DNA of 64,000 bases from Erysipelotrichaceae bacterium (lineage in GTDB: Bacteria; Bacillota_I; Bacilli_A; Erysipelotrichales; Erysipelotrichaceae), in contig JAFRCV010000018.1 in NCBI GenBank assembly GCA_017404205.1, positions 9,029 to 73,028 on the forward strand, written 5' to 3'. The notes beneath the pieces are model-generated. The model ran no database searches. It saw only the letters and a list, made by a program, of their open reading frames with translations, and was not told the DNA's origin. Both the position numbers and the translations under genes were made by a program. How positions within the stretch are numbered: position 1 is the first letter of the stretch; each line of letters starts with the position of its first letter. Positions 46,285 to 55,744 of this stretch are shown here, in pieces.

Positions 46285-46811
46285 TTCTTTCTTTTGATAT
46301 ATGTAAGATATAAACTATACGTAAATTCATAAATTGCCGCAATAATAGTTATACCAACAGTCATCCACGCAAAAGGTGTTAAAAACCTTGTATTAATCAA
46401 TAAGACAATAACAAATAGCATAACCGTTGACGCTTTATTTAAAAAAGTATGTGAAGTTAAAAACTCTTTTTTATATAAAGCGTTAAGTATATACATCAAA
46501 ATTCTAAAGGCGATAATGGCACTCACAAAATGCCAAATCATCTTAGGAAGCTGCTCAATAAGTAAAGGCAAAACTTTTAACAGTGATATTCCAAAAAATG
46601 TTAAATCAGATATACTATCTAATTTTGATCCAAATTCTGTTTCACCGCCCATTTTTCTAGCTACAAAGCCATCAACTGCATCAGATGCACCAGAAATAAT
46701 ATAGATGATATAAAATGGTATACTAAGTGGCTTTAGAAATAATAAGATTATTGCGCCAAATAAACGAATTGATGTTACAAAATTAGGTATTGTTAAATAT
46801 TCTTTTTTCAT
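46281..46811 (-). CDS. CDP-alcohol phosphatidyltransferase family protein
   Basis: DAVDGFVARKMGGETEFGSKLDSISD matches DGx2ARx8Gx3Dx3D. Confidence 0.8.
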   Translation of the reverse strand: MKKEYLTIPNFVTSIRLFGAIILLFLKPLSIPFYIIYIISGASDAVDGFVARKMGGETEFGSKLDSISDLTFFGISLLKVLPLLIEQLPKMIWHFVSAIIAFRILMYILNALYKKEFLTSHTFLNKASTVMLFVIVLLINTRFLTPFAWMTVGITIIAAIYEFTYSLYLTYIKRKK

Positions 46812-46918
46812 ATCAATAATTATTATATGCTTTTTTTATTTTATTAATTATTTTTTTATCAAAAAATCGCATTTTGATATACTTGAATTATTAAATATGA
46901 TATTATTATTAAGCAATT

Positions 46919-46992
46919 AGGGGTGTGGTACAATGGTAGCACATCGGTCTCCAAAACCGCTAATGCGGGTTCGATTCCTGCCACCCCTGCCA
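46919..46992 (+). tRNA. trnW: tRNA-Trp (anticodon CCA)
   Basis: AGGGGTG/CACCCCT acceptor stem, anticodon loop CUCCAAA, GGTTCGATTCC T-loop, encoded CCA end. Confidence 0.93.
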
Positions 46993-47026
46993 TTTATTTA
47001 TTTGACAGTTAATGTCTTTACATAGA

Positions 47027-47050
47027 AAGTTGAATTTATTCAACTTTTTT
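47027..47050 (+). terminator. Intrinsic terminator after tRNA-Trp
   Basis: AAGTTGAA-ttta-TTCAACTT followed by TTTT. Confidence 0.55.
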
Positions 47051-47203
47051 AATTTATATAAATATAATCATCAAAATATCAAATATTAAAAGAACCAAAC
47101 ATTAATCTATCGTTTGGATACATTAAATAATGAAATTATTACCGTTATTATAATTACCTTTTATTTAGTTTAAGTATGGTTGAATTAATATCTTTATTTT
47201 TAA

Positions 47204-48121
47204 TTATAAGAAAAATAATAATATAGAATGGCCAATGAATAGTATCAATGTAAAAACTATTGTAGGTGTACTCAAGAACAATAATCCCACTCTACTGTTT
47301 GTATCTGATTTTTTAATTTTTATGAAATGATATTTTTTTGTAGCCAATAATATAAAAGCTAATATCAGCATTACCGTCAACGCAATAACAACATATAAAG
47401 AATAGTGTTCTGATGCGATTAACATTAAAAACAATGAAGCATTAAATAGTATATGCATGATGATGGTTGGCTTAATTGATTTATAATAGAGAACTTTTTT
47501 TGATAGAATCAAACCCATAAAGAAACTAGGAATCATTTCAACAAACGATCCATGGGCAAGCGCATAAATTAATGAACTTGCGATAACCGCAAAATATTTT
47601 CCATATTTTGATAAGCATTTAAGTAGAACACCTCTAAAGGCATATTCTTCTAAAATAGGAGTTATAACGATAAATGAAATTACATAAAAAATATCATTTA
47701 AATATTCACTATTGAAAGTGATGCCTATGCTTGATACAAGTTGACCACTTACATTGATATATTGTGCTAACATCATTGTCACAAACATCAATGCAGCACC
47801 ACAGAAAAAGAAAACGATAAAATTGATTAAATGTTCAACAAAACTAATTTCTGTTTTATTATTAAAATCTTTAATATTGTCTTTACTTGTTATAGATAAT
47901 AATGAAAAAGGAATAATGGTTCCTACTATCAGACAAATATTTTGTCTTAATATTGGAGAATCAAATATTTTTAAAAAAGGAAAATTCAAAAGCGTCCAAG
48001 CTTTATTTAAAAATAATGGTATATACAAAACAAATAAACAGTACACTATCAAGACAAGCCCAATAGTATAAAACTGCCTCTTTACATATTTTTTTGAAAC
48101 TTTCTTTTTACTAGAATCCAT
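47204..48121 (-). CDS. CPBP-family intramembrane glutamic endopeptidase (CAAX/Abi-like)
   Basis: Polytopic, with the motifs EEYAFRGVLL, YALAHG and MHILFN. Confidence 0.8.
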   Translation of the reverse strand: MDSSKKKVSKKYVKRQFYTIGLVLIVYCLFVLYIPLFLNKAWTLLNFPFLKIFDSPILRQNICLIVGTIIPFSLLSITSKDNIKDFNNKTEISFVEHLINFIVFFFCGAALMFVTMMLAQYINVSGQLVSSIGITFNSEYLNDIFYVISFIVITPILEEYAFRGVLLKCLSKYGKYFAVIASSLIYALAHGSFVEMIPSFFMGLILSKKVLYYKSIKPTIIMHILFNASLFLMLIASEHYSLYVVIALTVMLILAFILLATKKYHFIKIKKSDTNSRVGLLFLSTPTIVFTLILFIGHSILLFFL

Positions 48122-48177
48122 AAAACAATTATATCTTAGTTATGTAATGTCAACAAATACGCTAGTATAATAAAAAT

Positions 48178-49722
48178 ATGCTACTAATAAGTGAGATTAA
48201 ATTAAATATTGATGATAATGAAGAAGATTTAATAAAGATTATAAAAAAGAAACTTCATTTACATAATAATGAAATTAAATCTTTTAAAATACATAAAAAA
48301 TCATTAGATGCCAGAAAAGATGTTGTATATAAATACCAAGTTTTAGTTGAATTAAAAAATGAAAACAAGTATTTAAAAAATAAAAATGTTGTTAAGTATC
48401 ATAAAGTCGATACAAGTGTTAAAAAAATAAATAGTGATATTAGGCCCTTAATAGTCGGCTATGGACCTAGTGGAATATTTGCGACTTTTAGATTATTAGA
48501 AGCTGGTCTAAAACCAATTGTTTTTGAAAAAGGAAAAAGAATTAAGGAACGTCAAAAAGATGTTGAAGACTTTTTTAATAAAGGTATTTTAAATCCTAAC
48601 AGTAATGTTCAATTTGGAGAAGGAGGAGCTGGCACTTTTTCTGATGCTAAACTTACTACAAGAATTAAAGATCCTTTTATTGAATATATCCTTGATATCT
48701 TTATTAAATTTGGTGCTAAAGAGAATATTAAATATATACCTCACGCTCATATTGGAACTGATGAAATACGTAAAATAATTGAAAGAATGACTGATTATTT
48801 AATTAGTCAAGGTGTCGAATTTCATTTTGAAGAAGAAATGGAACAATTACTATTAGATAAAAAGCATGCCATTCAAGGTATAAAAACAAATAAAGGTGAT
48901 TATTTAAGCTCGATTGTCGTATTGGGAATCGGCCATAGTGCTTATAAAACAATAAAAAATATTTATGATCAAGGCATTAATATAAGTCCAAAAGATATGG
49001 CTATTGGTTTTAGAGTGGAACATCCTCAATCGTTAATCAATGCCAATCAATTAAAAGGATTAAATACTAATGAAGCAAGTGAATATTTCTTGAGATATAA
49101 CGATGAAAAAGCCGTATATTCATTTTGTATGTGTCCTGGAGGAATGGTAATACCAGCAAGCTCTGATTTAAATAGAATCGTTACTAATGGTATGTCATAT
49201 TCTTTAAGAAATTCTGGCTTTGCCAACTCCGCCATATTGGTTCAAATAAATAAAGAAGAATATGAGCCTGGTGATTTAGGAGGTTTTGAATTATTAAAAG
49301 AATATGAAGAAAAAGCTTTCCAAATATCTTCTTCTTATAAAGCTTTATCAATGAATATCAAAGATTATATTGAGGGAACAAATTCACCATTAATATTCAA
49401 ACCATCATATCCGCTTGGAACTATTGTATATGACTTTAATAAATTCTTTAACGAAAAAGACAATGGATATTTCAAAAAAGCTTTAAAAGATTTTGATAAA
49501 AAGATTCCCGGCTTTATTAAAGAAGGAATAATGATTGGTCCTGAGACAAGAAGCAGTAGTCCAATAAGAATTAATCGTGATGAAACTTATCAAAGCATTA
49601 ACACTAAAGGATTATACCCTACTGGAGAAGGTGCTGGTTATGGTGGAGGGATTATGTCTTGCAGCCTAGATGGCATAAGAATTGCCAATGCTATTATTGC
49701 AAAAATTCATAATTCAGTTTAA
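48178..49722 (+). CDS. FAD-dependent oxidoreductase (COG2509-like)
   Basis: IVGYGPSGIFA is a dinucleotide fold. GEGGAGTFSDAKL and a C-terminal YPTGEGAGYGGGI are present. Confidence 0.75.
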   Translation: MLLISEIKLNIDDNEEDLIKIIKKKLHLHNNEIKSFKIHKKSLDARKDVVYKYQVLVELKNENKYLKNKNVVKYHKVDTSVKKINSDIRPLIVGYGPSGIFATFRLLEAGLKPIVFEKGKRIKERQKDVEDFFNKGILNPNSNVQFGEGGAGTFSDAKLTTRIKDPFIEYILDIFIKFGAKENIKYIPHAHIGTDEIRKIIERMTDYLISQGVEFHFEEEMEQLLLDKKHAIQGIKTNKGDYLSSIVVLGIGHSAYKTIKNIYDQGINISPKDMAIGFRVEHPQSLINANQLKGLNTNEASEYFLRYNDEKAVYSFCMCPGGMVIPASSDLNRIVTNGMSYSLRNSGFANSAILVQINKEEYEPGDLGGFELLKEYEEKAFQISSSYKALSMNIKDYIEGTNSPLIFKPSYPLGTIVYDFNKFFNEKDNGYFKKALKDFDKKIPGFIKEGIMIGPETRSSSPIRINRDETYQSINTKGLYPTGEGAGYGGGIMSCSLDGIRIANAIIAKIHNSV

Positions 49723-49767
49723 TTTCACATAAAAGACCTATAATAAAAAACGATGGAGGCAATAAAT

Positions 49768-50871
49768 ATGAAAATGAATTTTAAATCTATATTAATTATC
49801 TTTCTAGTTGCCCTATTGGGAGGGGCAGTTGGCACCTATGGCGTTATTGAAATAAACAAATCTCAAGAAAAAGAAAATATTCAAACAGTTACAAACCAAA
49901 CAAGTGTTGTTGAACAAGTGCTATATACAAACGATCATACAGGTACTTATATTGAGGCTATTGATAAAGCTGTCAATACTGTTGTGGAAATAACTACACA
50001 AGCTGAAGTAACTTCAAATGGTTTCTTTGGACCTTCGACTTCAAATGTAACCAGTTTAGGTTCTGGTGTTATCATTTCTGCCGATGGCTATATTGCGACA
50101 AATAATCACGTTGTACAAGATGCAACTTCAGTAAATGTGAAACTTCAAAATGGTGAATCATATGAAGCAACGGTAGTTGGCAGTGATCCCAAAACTGATT
50201 TAGCACTAATTAAAATTGATGCCAACAACCTGCAATTTGCATCACTAGTTGATTCAAATACTATTAAAGTTGGCCAAGAAGTTATCGCTATTGGGAATGG
50301 CTTAGGAGAAGGTACAACATCTTCTAATGGTATTATTTCAGCACTTAATCGTGAAGTAACAATTAAGAATTACACAATGACTTTAATACTTACAAATGCT
50401 GAAATAAACTCTGGCAATTCAGGCGGTGGATTATTTGATTTAAATGGTAATCTAATTGGTATTGTAAATGCTAAAACATCTAACTCGGGTTTAGCTAGTA
50501 CAAGTATTGAAGGAATTGGCTACGCTATTCCAGCCAATACCGTAAAAACAATTACTGATGAAATACTTCAAAACGGTTATGTAAAAGATCGTGCAACCTT
50601 AGGAGTTAAAATCTATGATTCATCATATAACTATTACTACAATATTGAGGGTCTTGTAATTAGTGAAGTTATTGAAGGATCAGCTGCCGAAAAAGCTGGC
50701 TTACAAACAGGTGATATTATTAAGTCAATGGATGGTGTTGAATTGAGTGAATTCTCACAACTCGCAAGACTTTTAGATGATTATAATATTGGTGATAAAG
50801 TGAACCTTATCATTGAAAGAAAAGGAGAAAGAATTCAAGTTAGTTGTATTCTTCAAGATGCATCAAATTAA
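49768..50871 (+). CDS. htrA: HtrA/DegP-family serine protease with a PDZ domain
   Basis: TM anchor and catalytic triad context (TNNHV, DLALIKI, GNSGGGLF), plus a C-terminal PDZ. I prefer the ATG at 49768, 8 nt after GGAGG. Confidence 0.88.
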   Translation: MKMNFKSILIIFLVALLGGAVGTYGVIEINKSQEKENIQTVTNQTSVVEQVLYTNDHTGTYIEAIDKAVNTVVEITTQAEVTSNGFFGPSTSNVTSLGSGVIISADGYIATNNHVVQDATSVNVKLQNGESYEATVVGSDPKTDLALIKIDANNLQFASLVDSNTIKVGQEVIAIGNGLGEGTTSSNGIISALNREVTIKNYTMTLILTNAEINSGNSGGGLFDLNGNLIGIVNAKTSNSGLASTSIEGIGYAIPANTVKTITDEILQNGYVKDRATLGVKIYDSSYNYYYNIEGLVISEVIEGSAAEKAGLQTGDIIKSMDGVELSEFSQLARLLDDYNIGDKVNLIIERKGERIQVSCILQDASN

Positions 50872-50903
50872 TACTTCTAAAAGGAACATGTTAAAATATA
50901 TTC

Positions 50904-51275
50904 ATGAGTAAAAGCGAAACATATCAAAACTATTTAGAAGCTATATACATCACTTCTTTAAAAAAAGGCAATGTCAAAGCTATTGATATTGTAAATTATT
51001 TAAATTTTTCTAGACCTACTGTTTCGATTGCCTTAAAAGAACTAGCAAAAGAAAAATATATTGAAATGTCTGGATATGATATTTTGTTAACAGAAAGTGG
51101 AAAAAAGATAGCTGAAGAGATGTATGAAAGGCATGAATATATAGCCAAATTGTTGATTCACTTTGGAGTCGATAATAAAACAGCCTACGAAGATTCTTGT
51201 TTAATTGAACACGATTTGTCCAAAGAAAGCTTCGAGGCTATTAAAAAAGCTACTAAACATATTAAACTAAAATAA
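50904..51275 (+). CDS. DtxR/MntR-family metal-dependent transcriptional regulator
   Basis: YLEAIY... wHTH N-domain and the helix HEYIAKLL..FGVD..A..DSCLIEH. Confidence 0.75.
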   Translation: MSKSETYQNYLEAIYITSLKKGNVKAIDIVNYLNFSRPTVSIALKELAKEKYIEMSGYDILLTESGKKIAEEMYERHEYIAKLLIHFGVDNKTAYEDSCLIEHDLSKESFEAIKKATKHIKLK

Positions 51276-51296
51276 GACTTTGATAAGTCTTATTTT

Positions 51297-51857
51297 TTAT
51301 GCTCTACTTGAATATTTTCCATCAGCTGTAGAAACAATGATTCTTTCTCCATTTTCAATAAACATTGGAACTTTAACTTGAAGTCCTGTTTCACATACAG
51401 CATTCTTTAATGCACTTGTAGCAGTATCACCTTTAACAGCTAACTCACATTCAACTAATTCTAATTCAACTTTATCTGGCAAGTTTATACCTAAGATTTC
51501 ATTTCCTTCATATACAAGTACACTTACTTCCAAATTTGGTGTAAGGAATTTTAATTCCCATTCAAGTCTATCTTTTGGAATTTCAATTTGTTCATAAGAT
51601 TCGCCATCCATGAAGACACAATTTGTGCCATCATCATATAGATATTGCATAGTTCTCTTATCAATATGAGCTTCACCAACTTTATCGCCAGATATTAAGC
51701 TTAATTCTTTTACTACACCAGTTCTTGGAACTTTAACTTTTACTTTAACTTTCATCTTTGCCATAGCTGTTTTATTTAGGGCAATGTCTATACATTGATA
51801 TAGTTCATTTTCCCAAGTAAAACATTGACCAGGTTTAATTTCAGTACAATTTATCAT
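51297..51857 (-). CDS. efp: Elongation factor P with a non-canonical loop
   Basis: 186 aa with three-domain EF-P similarity (MQYLY, FMD..SYEQIEI, VKGDTA, ETGLQVKVP). The loop reads LNKTAMAK instead of VKPGKGAA. Confidence 0.93.
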   Translation of the reverse strand: MINCTEIKPGQCFTWENELYQCIDIALNKTAMAKMKVKVKVKVPRTGVVKELSLISGDKVGEAHIDKRTMQYLYDDGTNCVFMDGESYEQIEIPKDRLEWELKFLTPNLEVSVLVYEGNEILGINLPDKVELELVECELAVKGDTATSALKNAVCETGLQVKVPMFIENGERIIVSTADGKYSSRA

Positions 51858-52215
51858 GATAATTCTCCTTATTTACCATATTATTTTAATACATAAGTAT
51901 TATTTTAGAAAACAGTAATTGTTTATGAGCATATAAAAAGATCTACTATTTTGTAAGTGGAATTTAATGATTAGACAATATGTGTATCTAGAACACTATA
52001 TACAAATCTTTATGCATTCTTATATGCGATTATATAAGTTGAGAATTTATTAGAATTGAAAGTAAACTGTGCTATTTGTTTAAACAAATTCTTCAATTAT
52101 GTCATCGAACTTTAAATAACATATATTATTTTACATAAGCATTTGAAATATTTTTTAATCCTTCAAGCACATCAATCGAAATAGAAATTGAACTTTTTAT
52201 CTTATTTTAAGTTCA

Positions 52216-52560
52216 TCATTCTATTGAATAATCAATTATCATTTTATCTTCAATACTTAAAAGATATGAACAATCATTATAAGATAATAAAAACTTATTA
52301 TCTATTTTTTCTACATTGACTTCACCATTTGATAATAAAAAGTTATCTAATTTGCCATTATTTAATAGATAGCATTTAGCTTCATTGATAAGCTTAGCTT
52401 CATCATAAAAATCATCAATAAAATCTTTTAATTCGCCATTGATCTTATTATATGTAATCAAATAATTAGAAATCGATATGATCATCGTCATTATGTTGAT
52501 CATTATTATTAGAAAAGTCAGCGAGATAAAACCCTTTTTCTTTGCCAATATTCTTTTCAT
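52216..52560 (-). CDS. comGG: ComGG-like competence pseudopilus minor component
   Basis: The last ORF of the comG cluster, with an N-terminal hydrophobic helix after KKKGF. Called by position only. Confidence 0.4.
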   Translation of the reverse strand: MKRILAKKKGFISLTFLIIMINIMTMIISISNYLITYNKINGELKDFIDDFYDEAKLINEAKCYLLNNGKLDNFLLSNGEVNVEKIDNKFLLSYNDCSYLLSIEDKMIIDYSIE

Positions 52561-52936
52561 ATTCCTTGCCTTTATTTGTTATATAAGTTAAATAGATTGA
52601 TCCATTCTTAGTATTGAAATTAATCTCCTTTATATCGTTTAAATATATTTGTGTACCTGGTTGTAATACAAGCTTGTTATTTGATAGACGCAAAACATAA
52701 TTTTCATTGTGATATATAAAGTGCATTTCATGAGAATTTATTTTAATATCATATGCTAGTAAAAGCACTCTTCTTAAATCCATGATTGATATCTCGTTGC
52801 TTAAAAGATTGTAGTCGATATTATATTTCGCTATTAGGCTATAAGCGCTTATAAGAATTGGCAATATTGTTAACACTATCAATATGGCAATCATTGTTCT
52901 TGTATAGATGAATCCTCTATTATTTGACATTTGCAT
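52466..52936 (-). CDS. comGF: ComGF-like minor pseudopilin
   Basis: NRGFIYTRTMIAILIVLTILPIL is a prepilin-like N-terminus. Position fits. Confidence 0.5.
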   Translation of the reverse strand: MQMSNNRGFIYTRTMIAILIVLTILPILISAYSLIAKYNIDYNLLSNEISIMDLRRVLLLAYDIKINSHEMHFIYHNENYVLRLSNNKLVLQPGTQIYLNDIKEINFNTKNGSIYLTYITNKGKEYEKNIGKEKGFYLADFSNNNDQHNDDDHIDF

Positions 52937-53112
52937 TCCTTTAAATTATTAAATAATGTTTCGTATTCCTCATTGCTTTGTCTATTATATTCTTCATAAA
53001 TTATTTCATTTTTATTTATCATTTGATATAAGCTGATGCTTAAAAGACCAACAGAAACAACAACGAAGATACATATTAAAGAATCAATTAATAAAAACCC
53101 CTTATTATTCAT
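52891..53112 (-). CDS. comGE: ComGE-like minor pseudopilin
   Basis: MNNKGFLLIDSLICIFVV is a prepilin-like N-terminus; 73 aa. Confidence 0.5.
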   Translation of the reverse strand: MNNKGFLLIDSLICIFVVVSVGLLSISLYQMINKNEIIYEEYNRQSNEEYETLFNNLKECKCQIIEDSSIQEQ

Positions 53113-53398
53113 ATGTTAAATAGCCATTACCTAAGTGAATAATTATATGATGTCCATTTATATCGATGCTTCTTGCTTGGTTGACTCTTCCACTTTTATT
53201 GAAATGAATATTATAATCGTTCATGCTGTTTCTTTGTTTTTTAGTTAATGATTCTATTTGCATGTCAAAATAATCATTAATCATGCTTAAGTGTTTATCT
53301 TCAAGAAAAATAGCTCTTTTAATCGTTAATAGCGATAAAGATGTCAATACCATTAAAACTAGTAACATACTAAGTAAACTGAAACCTTTTTCATTCAT
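53105..53398 (-). CDS. comGD: ComGD-like minor pseudopilin
   Basis: MNEKGFSLLSMLLVLMVL is a prepilin signal. The ATG at 53398 overlaps the comGC stop by 8 nt. Confidence 0.6.
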   Translation of the reverse strand: MNEKGFSLLSMLLVLMVLTSLSLLTIKRAIFLEDKHLSMINDYFDMQIESLTKKQRNSMNDYNIHFNKSGRVNQARSIDINGHHIIIHLGNGYLTYE

Positions 53399-53687
53399 GG
53401 TGCGCACTCCCATCGCTAATATAAATGCTCTTTCCATTTGAACAACTTGCTTGATCTTCGCTTATTAATCCAGCAGCTATTAAATCATTAGTTGAATTTG
53501 GATATTGACCATAAGTCAACTTGTATTGAACAATAGCTGAATCAACTACTCTTGTAAGCGCATCACAAGCATTATCATCTACAATATTGATTACTTTAGA
53601 AACATTAGGAATAGTTAATAAGAATAATATCGCTACAATCATCACCACTACTACCATTTCCAATAATGTAAAACCTTTTTTATTCAT
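53391..53687 (-). CDS. comGC: ComGC major competence pseudopilin
   Basis: MNKKGFTLLEMVVVVMIVAILF is a type IV prepilin signal with Glu at +5. The ATG at 53687 follows TAAGGAGGAA. Confidence 0.85.
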   Translation of the reverse strand: MNKKGFTLLEMVVVVMIVAILFLLTIPNVSKVINIVDDNACDALTRVVDSAIVQYKLTYGQYPNSTNDLIAAGLISEDQASCSNGKSIYISDGSAHHE

Positions 53688-53697
53688 CTTTTCCTCC

Positions 53698-54705
53698 TTA
53701 GAAATTTCCAATCATTTGCATTGGCAAAAACAATATTTGATAAACAAAGATAATAATGACGCCAATAAATATATATGAGCTTATTTGTATACTTAATATA
53801 ATTTTCTTTGTAAAAGATATGATTTTTTCTTTACATAAAGTGAGATATTTATGCAAAATAAAACTGAAATCATTTGTATAAACAGCTACATTGATAAATT
53901 TACTCAATGTCTCATCAAAATATATTTGCTTACTAGCATCTTTTAAACTATTGCCTTTTAATAAACTCTCTTCTAAATGAAATGCTAAAAATGACACAAT
54001 TGGCTTATTGTGTAATGCTTTTAATATATTTAACACTTCTTTTGTTTTGTATCCTGAGTCTAAACAAATAAGAAATAGATTGATAAATTCCTCACAGAAA
54101 TATACTTGAATTAAACTATTTCTTATGTGCTTAGAAACAAAAATATACATTAGCGCAATATTCTTTTCTTTTGAAAAATAGATAATCAGAATCATAATTA
54201 TCAACATTCCAAAATAAAAAATATAAATAATAATTCTAAAAACATTCCTTAGTACAGTTAAACTTGAAAAATCACTTTTAAATGTCTTTAACATATTAAT
54301 GATCGCATCAAGCCCATAGGCATCAAATAAATAGAGTGCACTTATAGCAATAAACAATAGAATAACAGGATAAAGAATATTCTTTTCAATTGTTTTTTGA
54401 TTATTCAAATTCTTATTCAAGAAATTCAATGATAGCTCTAAGCTTTCTGAAAAGCTCATATTTTTAATGAGTTCTTTAATATAGGAAGCTATCTTTTTTG
54501 GAAGAAAGTCAATCATTATTTCCTCAATTAATAATCCTTTATTGAGTTTTGAAATTATTGTTTCGATAATGATATTGTTACTTTTTGTCTTTATTAAAAA
54601 TAGACAATCTTTAATCGAAAGACCAGCTTTTAATAATTCATTTATAGAACTAAGATCATCCATTGTTAATGTTTTTTGTTTATTTAATAAGTTTAATAAT
54701 CCCAT
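53698..54705 (-). CDS. comGB: ComGB / GspF-family platform membrane protein
   Basis: Two GspF-like repeats with TM segments. I prefer the ATG at 54705 (SD AGGGGAA). The start is uncertain. Confidence 0.75.
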   Translation of the reverse strand: MGLLNLLNKQKTLTMDDLSSINELLKAGLSIKDCLFLIKTKSNNIIIETIISKLNKGLLIEEIMIDFLPKKIASYIKELIKNMSFSESLELSLNFLNKNLNNQKTIEKNILYPVILLFIAISALYLFDAYGLDAIINMLKTFKSDFSSLTVLRNVFRIIIYIFYFGMLIIMILIIYFSKEKNIALMYIFVSKHIRNSLIQVYFCEEFINLFLICLDSGYKTKEVLNILKALHNKPIVSFLAFHLEESLLKGNSLKDASKQIYFDETLSKFINVAVYTNDFSFILHKYLTLCKEKIISFTKKIILSIQISSYIFIGVIIIFVYQILFLPMQMIGNF

Positions 54706-55633
54706 CTTCAATTCCCCTATTAATTTGTTTTTCAATACTTATGAAAGAATTAGAGTTGCAATGATTCATTGAATAATATTCAATTTCTTTTTTATCCATA
54801 ATTTCATATACTACTTGTTTTTCACCTTTTTTGATAATCATCCTTTGATTGATAACACACAACAACATTTCATATAAATGATTTTCGTTAGCTCCTAAAT
54901 CTATCATCCTGCTTATACAAGAACTAGCACTTGATGCATGGATAGTCGCTAAGACTAGGTGTCCTGTGTTAGCTGCCCTAATAGCCATAGTTGCAGCCTT
55001 TTTATCTCTTATTTCGCCAATCATTATGATGTCAGGGTCGTGCCTCATAATTTGTTTAATTCCTTCTTCATAATCAAGATTTTGCTTTTCATTTATTTGT
55101 ACTTGAATAAAATTATCATTGTAGATTTCAATTGGATCTTCGATTGTATATATTATTTTGTCTTTTTTAGTATTCAATAATGAATATAAAGTAGTAGTCT
55201 TGCCTGATCCTGTTGGACCTGAAAAAAGAACTAAACCATTTCGCATATTTAATAGATTTTTAAAGAAGATATTTTGTGAATCATTATTAGATAGTCTGTT
55301 TCCATCAATTTTTAAGTTGTTATTTAAGATTCTTAATACACCGCTAACTAATTTTAAAGATCTAACAAAGGCAAAACGAAGCGATAATAAACTGTTATCA
55401 ACTTCAATTTCAAATTGTCCTGTTTGGGGAATGTTTAATTGGCCCACATCAAGATTAGCTAAATATTGTAAATAACGAATAAGCTTTTTATCTCCTGGCA
55501 TAATCTTAATTTTTCTATTCTCACCATCAATACGCATTAAAATATTCATTTTTCCCTCCTTAACAATAAAATGAATATCGCTCGCTTTTGTGATTATCGC
55601 TAAACGAAGTAAGGCCAATAATCTTTCTTCCAT
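54680..55633 (-). CDS. comGA: ComGA / GspE-family type II/IV secretion ATPase
   Basis: Walker A is GPTGSGKTTT. Also DPIE, IIMIGEIRD and TGHLVLATIHA. Confidence 0.88.
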   Translation of the reverse strand: MEERLLALLRLAIITKASDIHFIVKEGKMNILMRIDGENRKIKIMPGDKKLIRYLQYLANLDVGQLNIPQTGQFEIEVDNSLLSLRFAFVRSLKLVSGVLRILNNNLKIDGNRLSNNDSQNIFFKNLLNMRNGLVLFSGPTGSGKTTTLYSLLNTKKDKIIYTIEDPIEIYNDNFIQVQINEKQNLDYEEGIKQIMRHDPDIIMIGEIRDKKAATMAIRAANTGHLVLATIHASSASSCISRMIDLGANENHLYEMLLCVINQRMIIKKGEKQVVYEIMDKKEIEYYSMNHCNSNSFISIEKQINRGIEDGIIKLIK

Positions 55634-55705
55634 AATTCTTTATTACTGAAATAATCATAAAATCCTAACTATTTGCACTAGAAAATAAATAGTGTTATAA
55701 ATATA

Positions 55706-55732
55706 TTAGCACTCAAGGACTATGAGTGCTAA
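55706..55732. promoter_or_regulatory. CIRCE operator (HrcA binding site) upstream of htpG
   Basis: A perfect TTAGCACTC-N9-GAGTGCTAA lies between a TTGCAC..TTATAA promoter-like region and the htpG SD. Confidence 0.85.
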
Positions 55733-55744
55733 AGGAGTGATATT

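Noticed and set aside
46919-48121. tRNA-Trp followed by a CPBP/Abi-like gene as a possible integration site of a mobile element.
   Set aside because: There is no integrase, no direct repeat of the tRNA 3' end, and no phage or plasmid genes nearby. CPBP proteases are common chromosomal genes.
51858-52215. A 358-bp gene-free region between efp and comGG, considered as a possible sRNA or riboswitch.
   Set aside because: I found only a 14-bp AT palindrome (TTTGTTTAAACAAA), a likely comG terminator hairpin and promoter-like AT-rich sequence. No conserved RNA motif is recognisable by eye.
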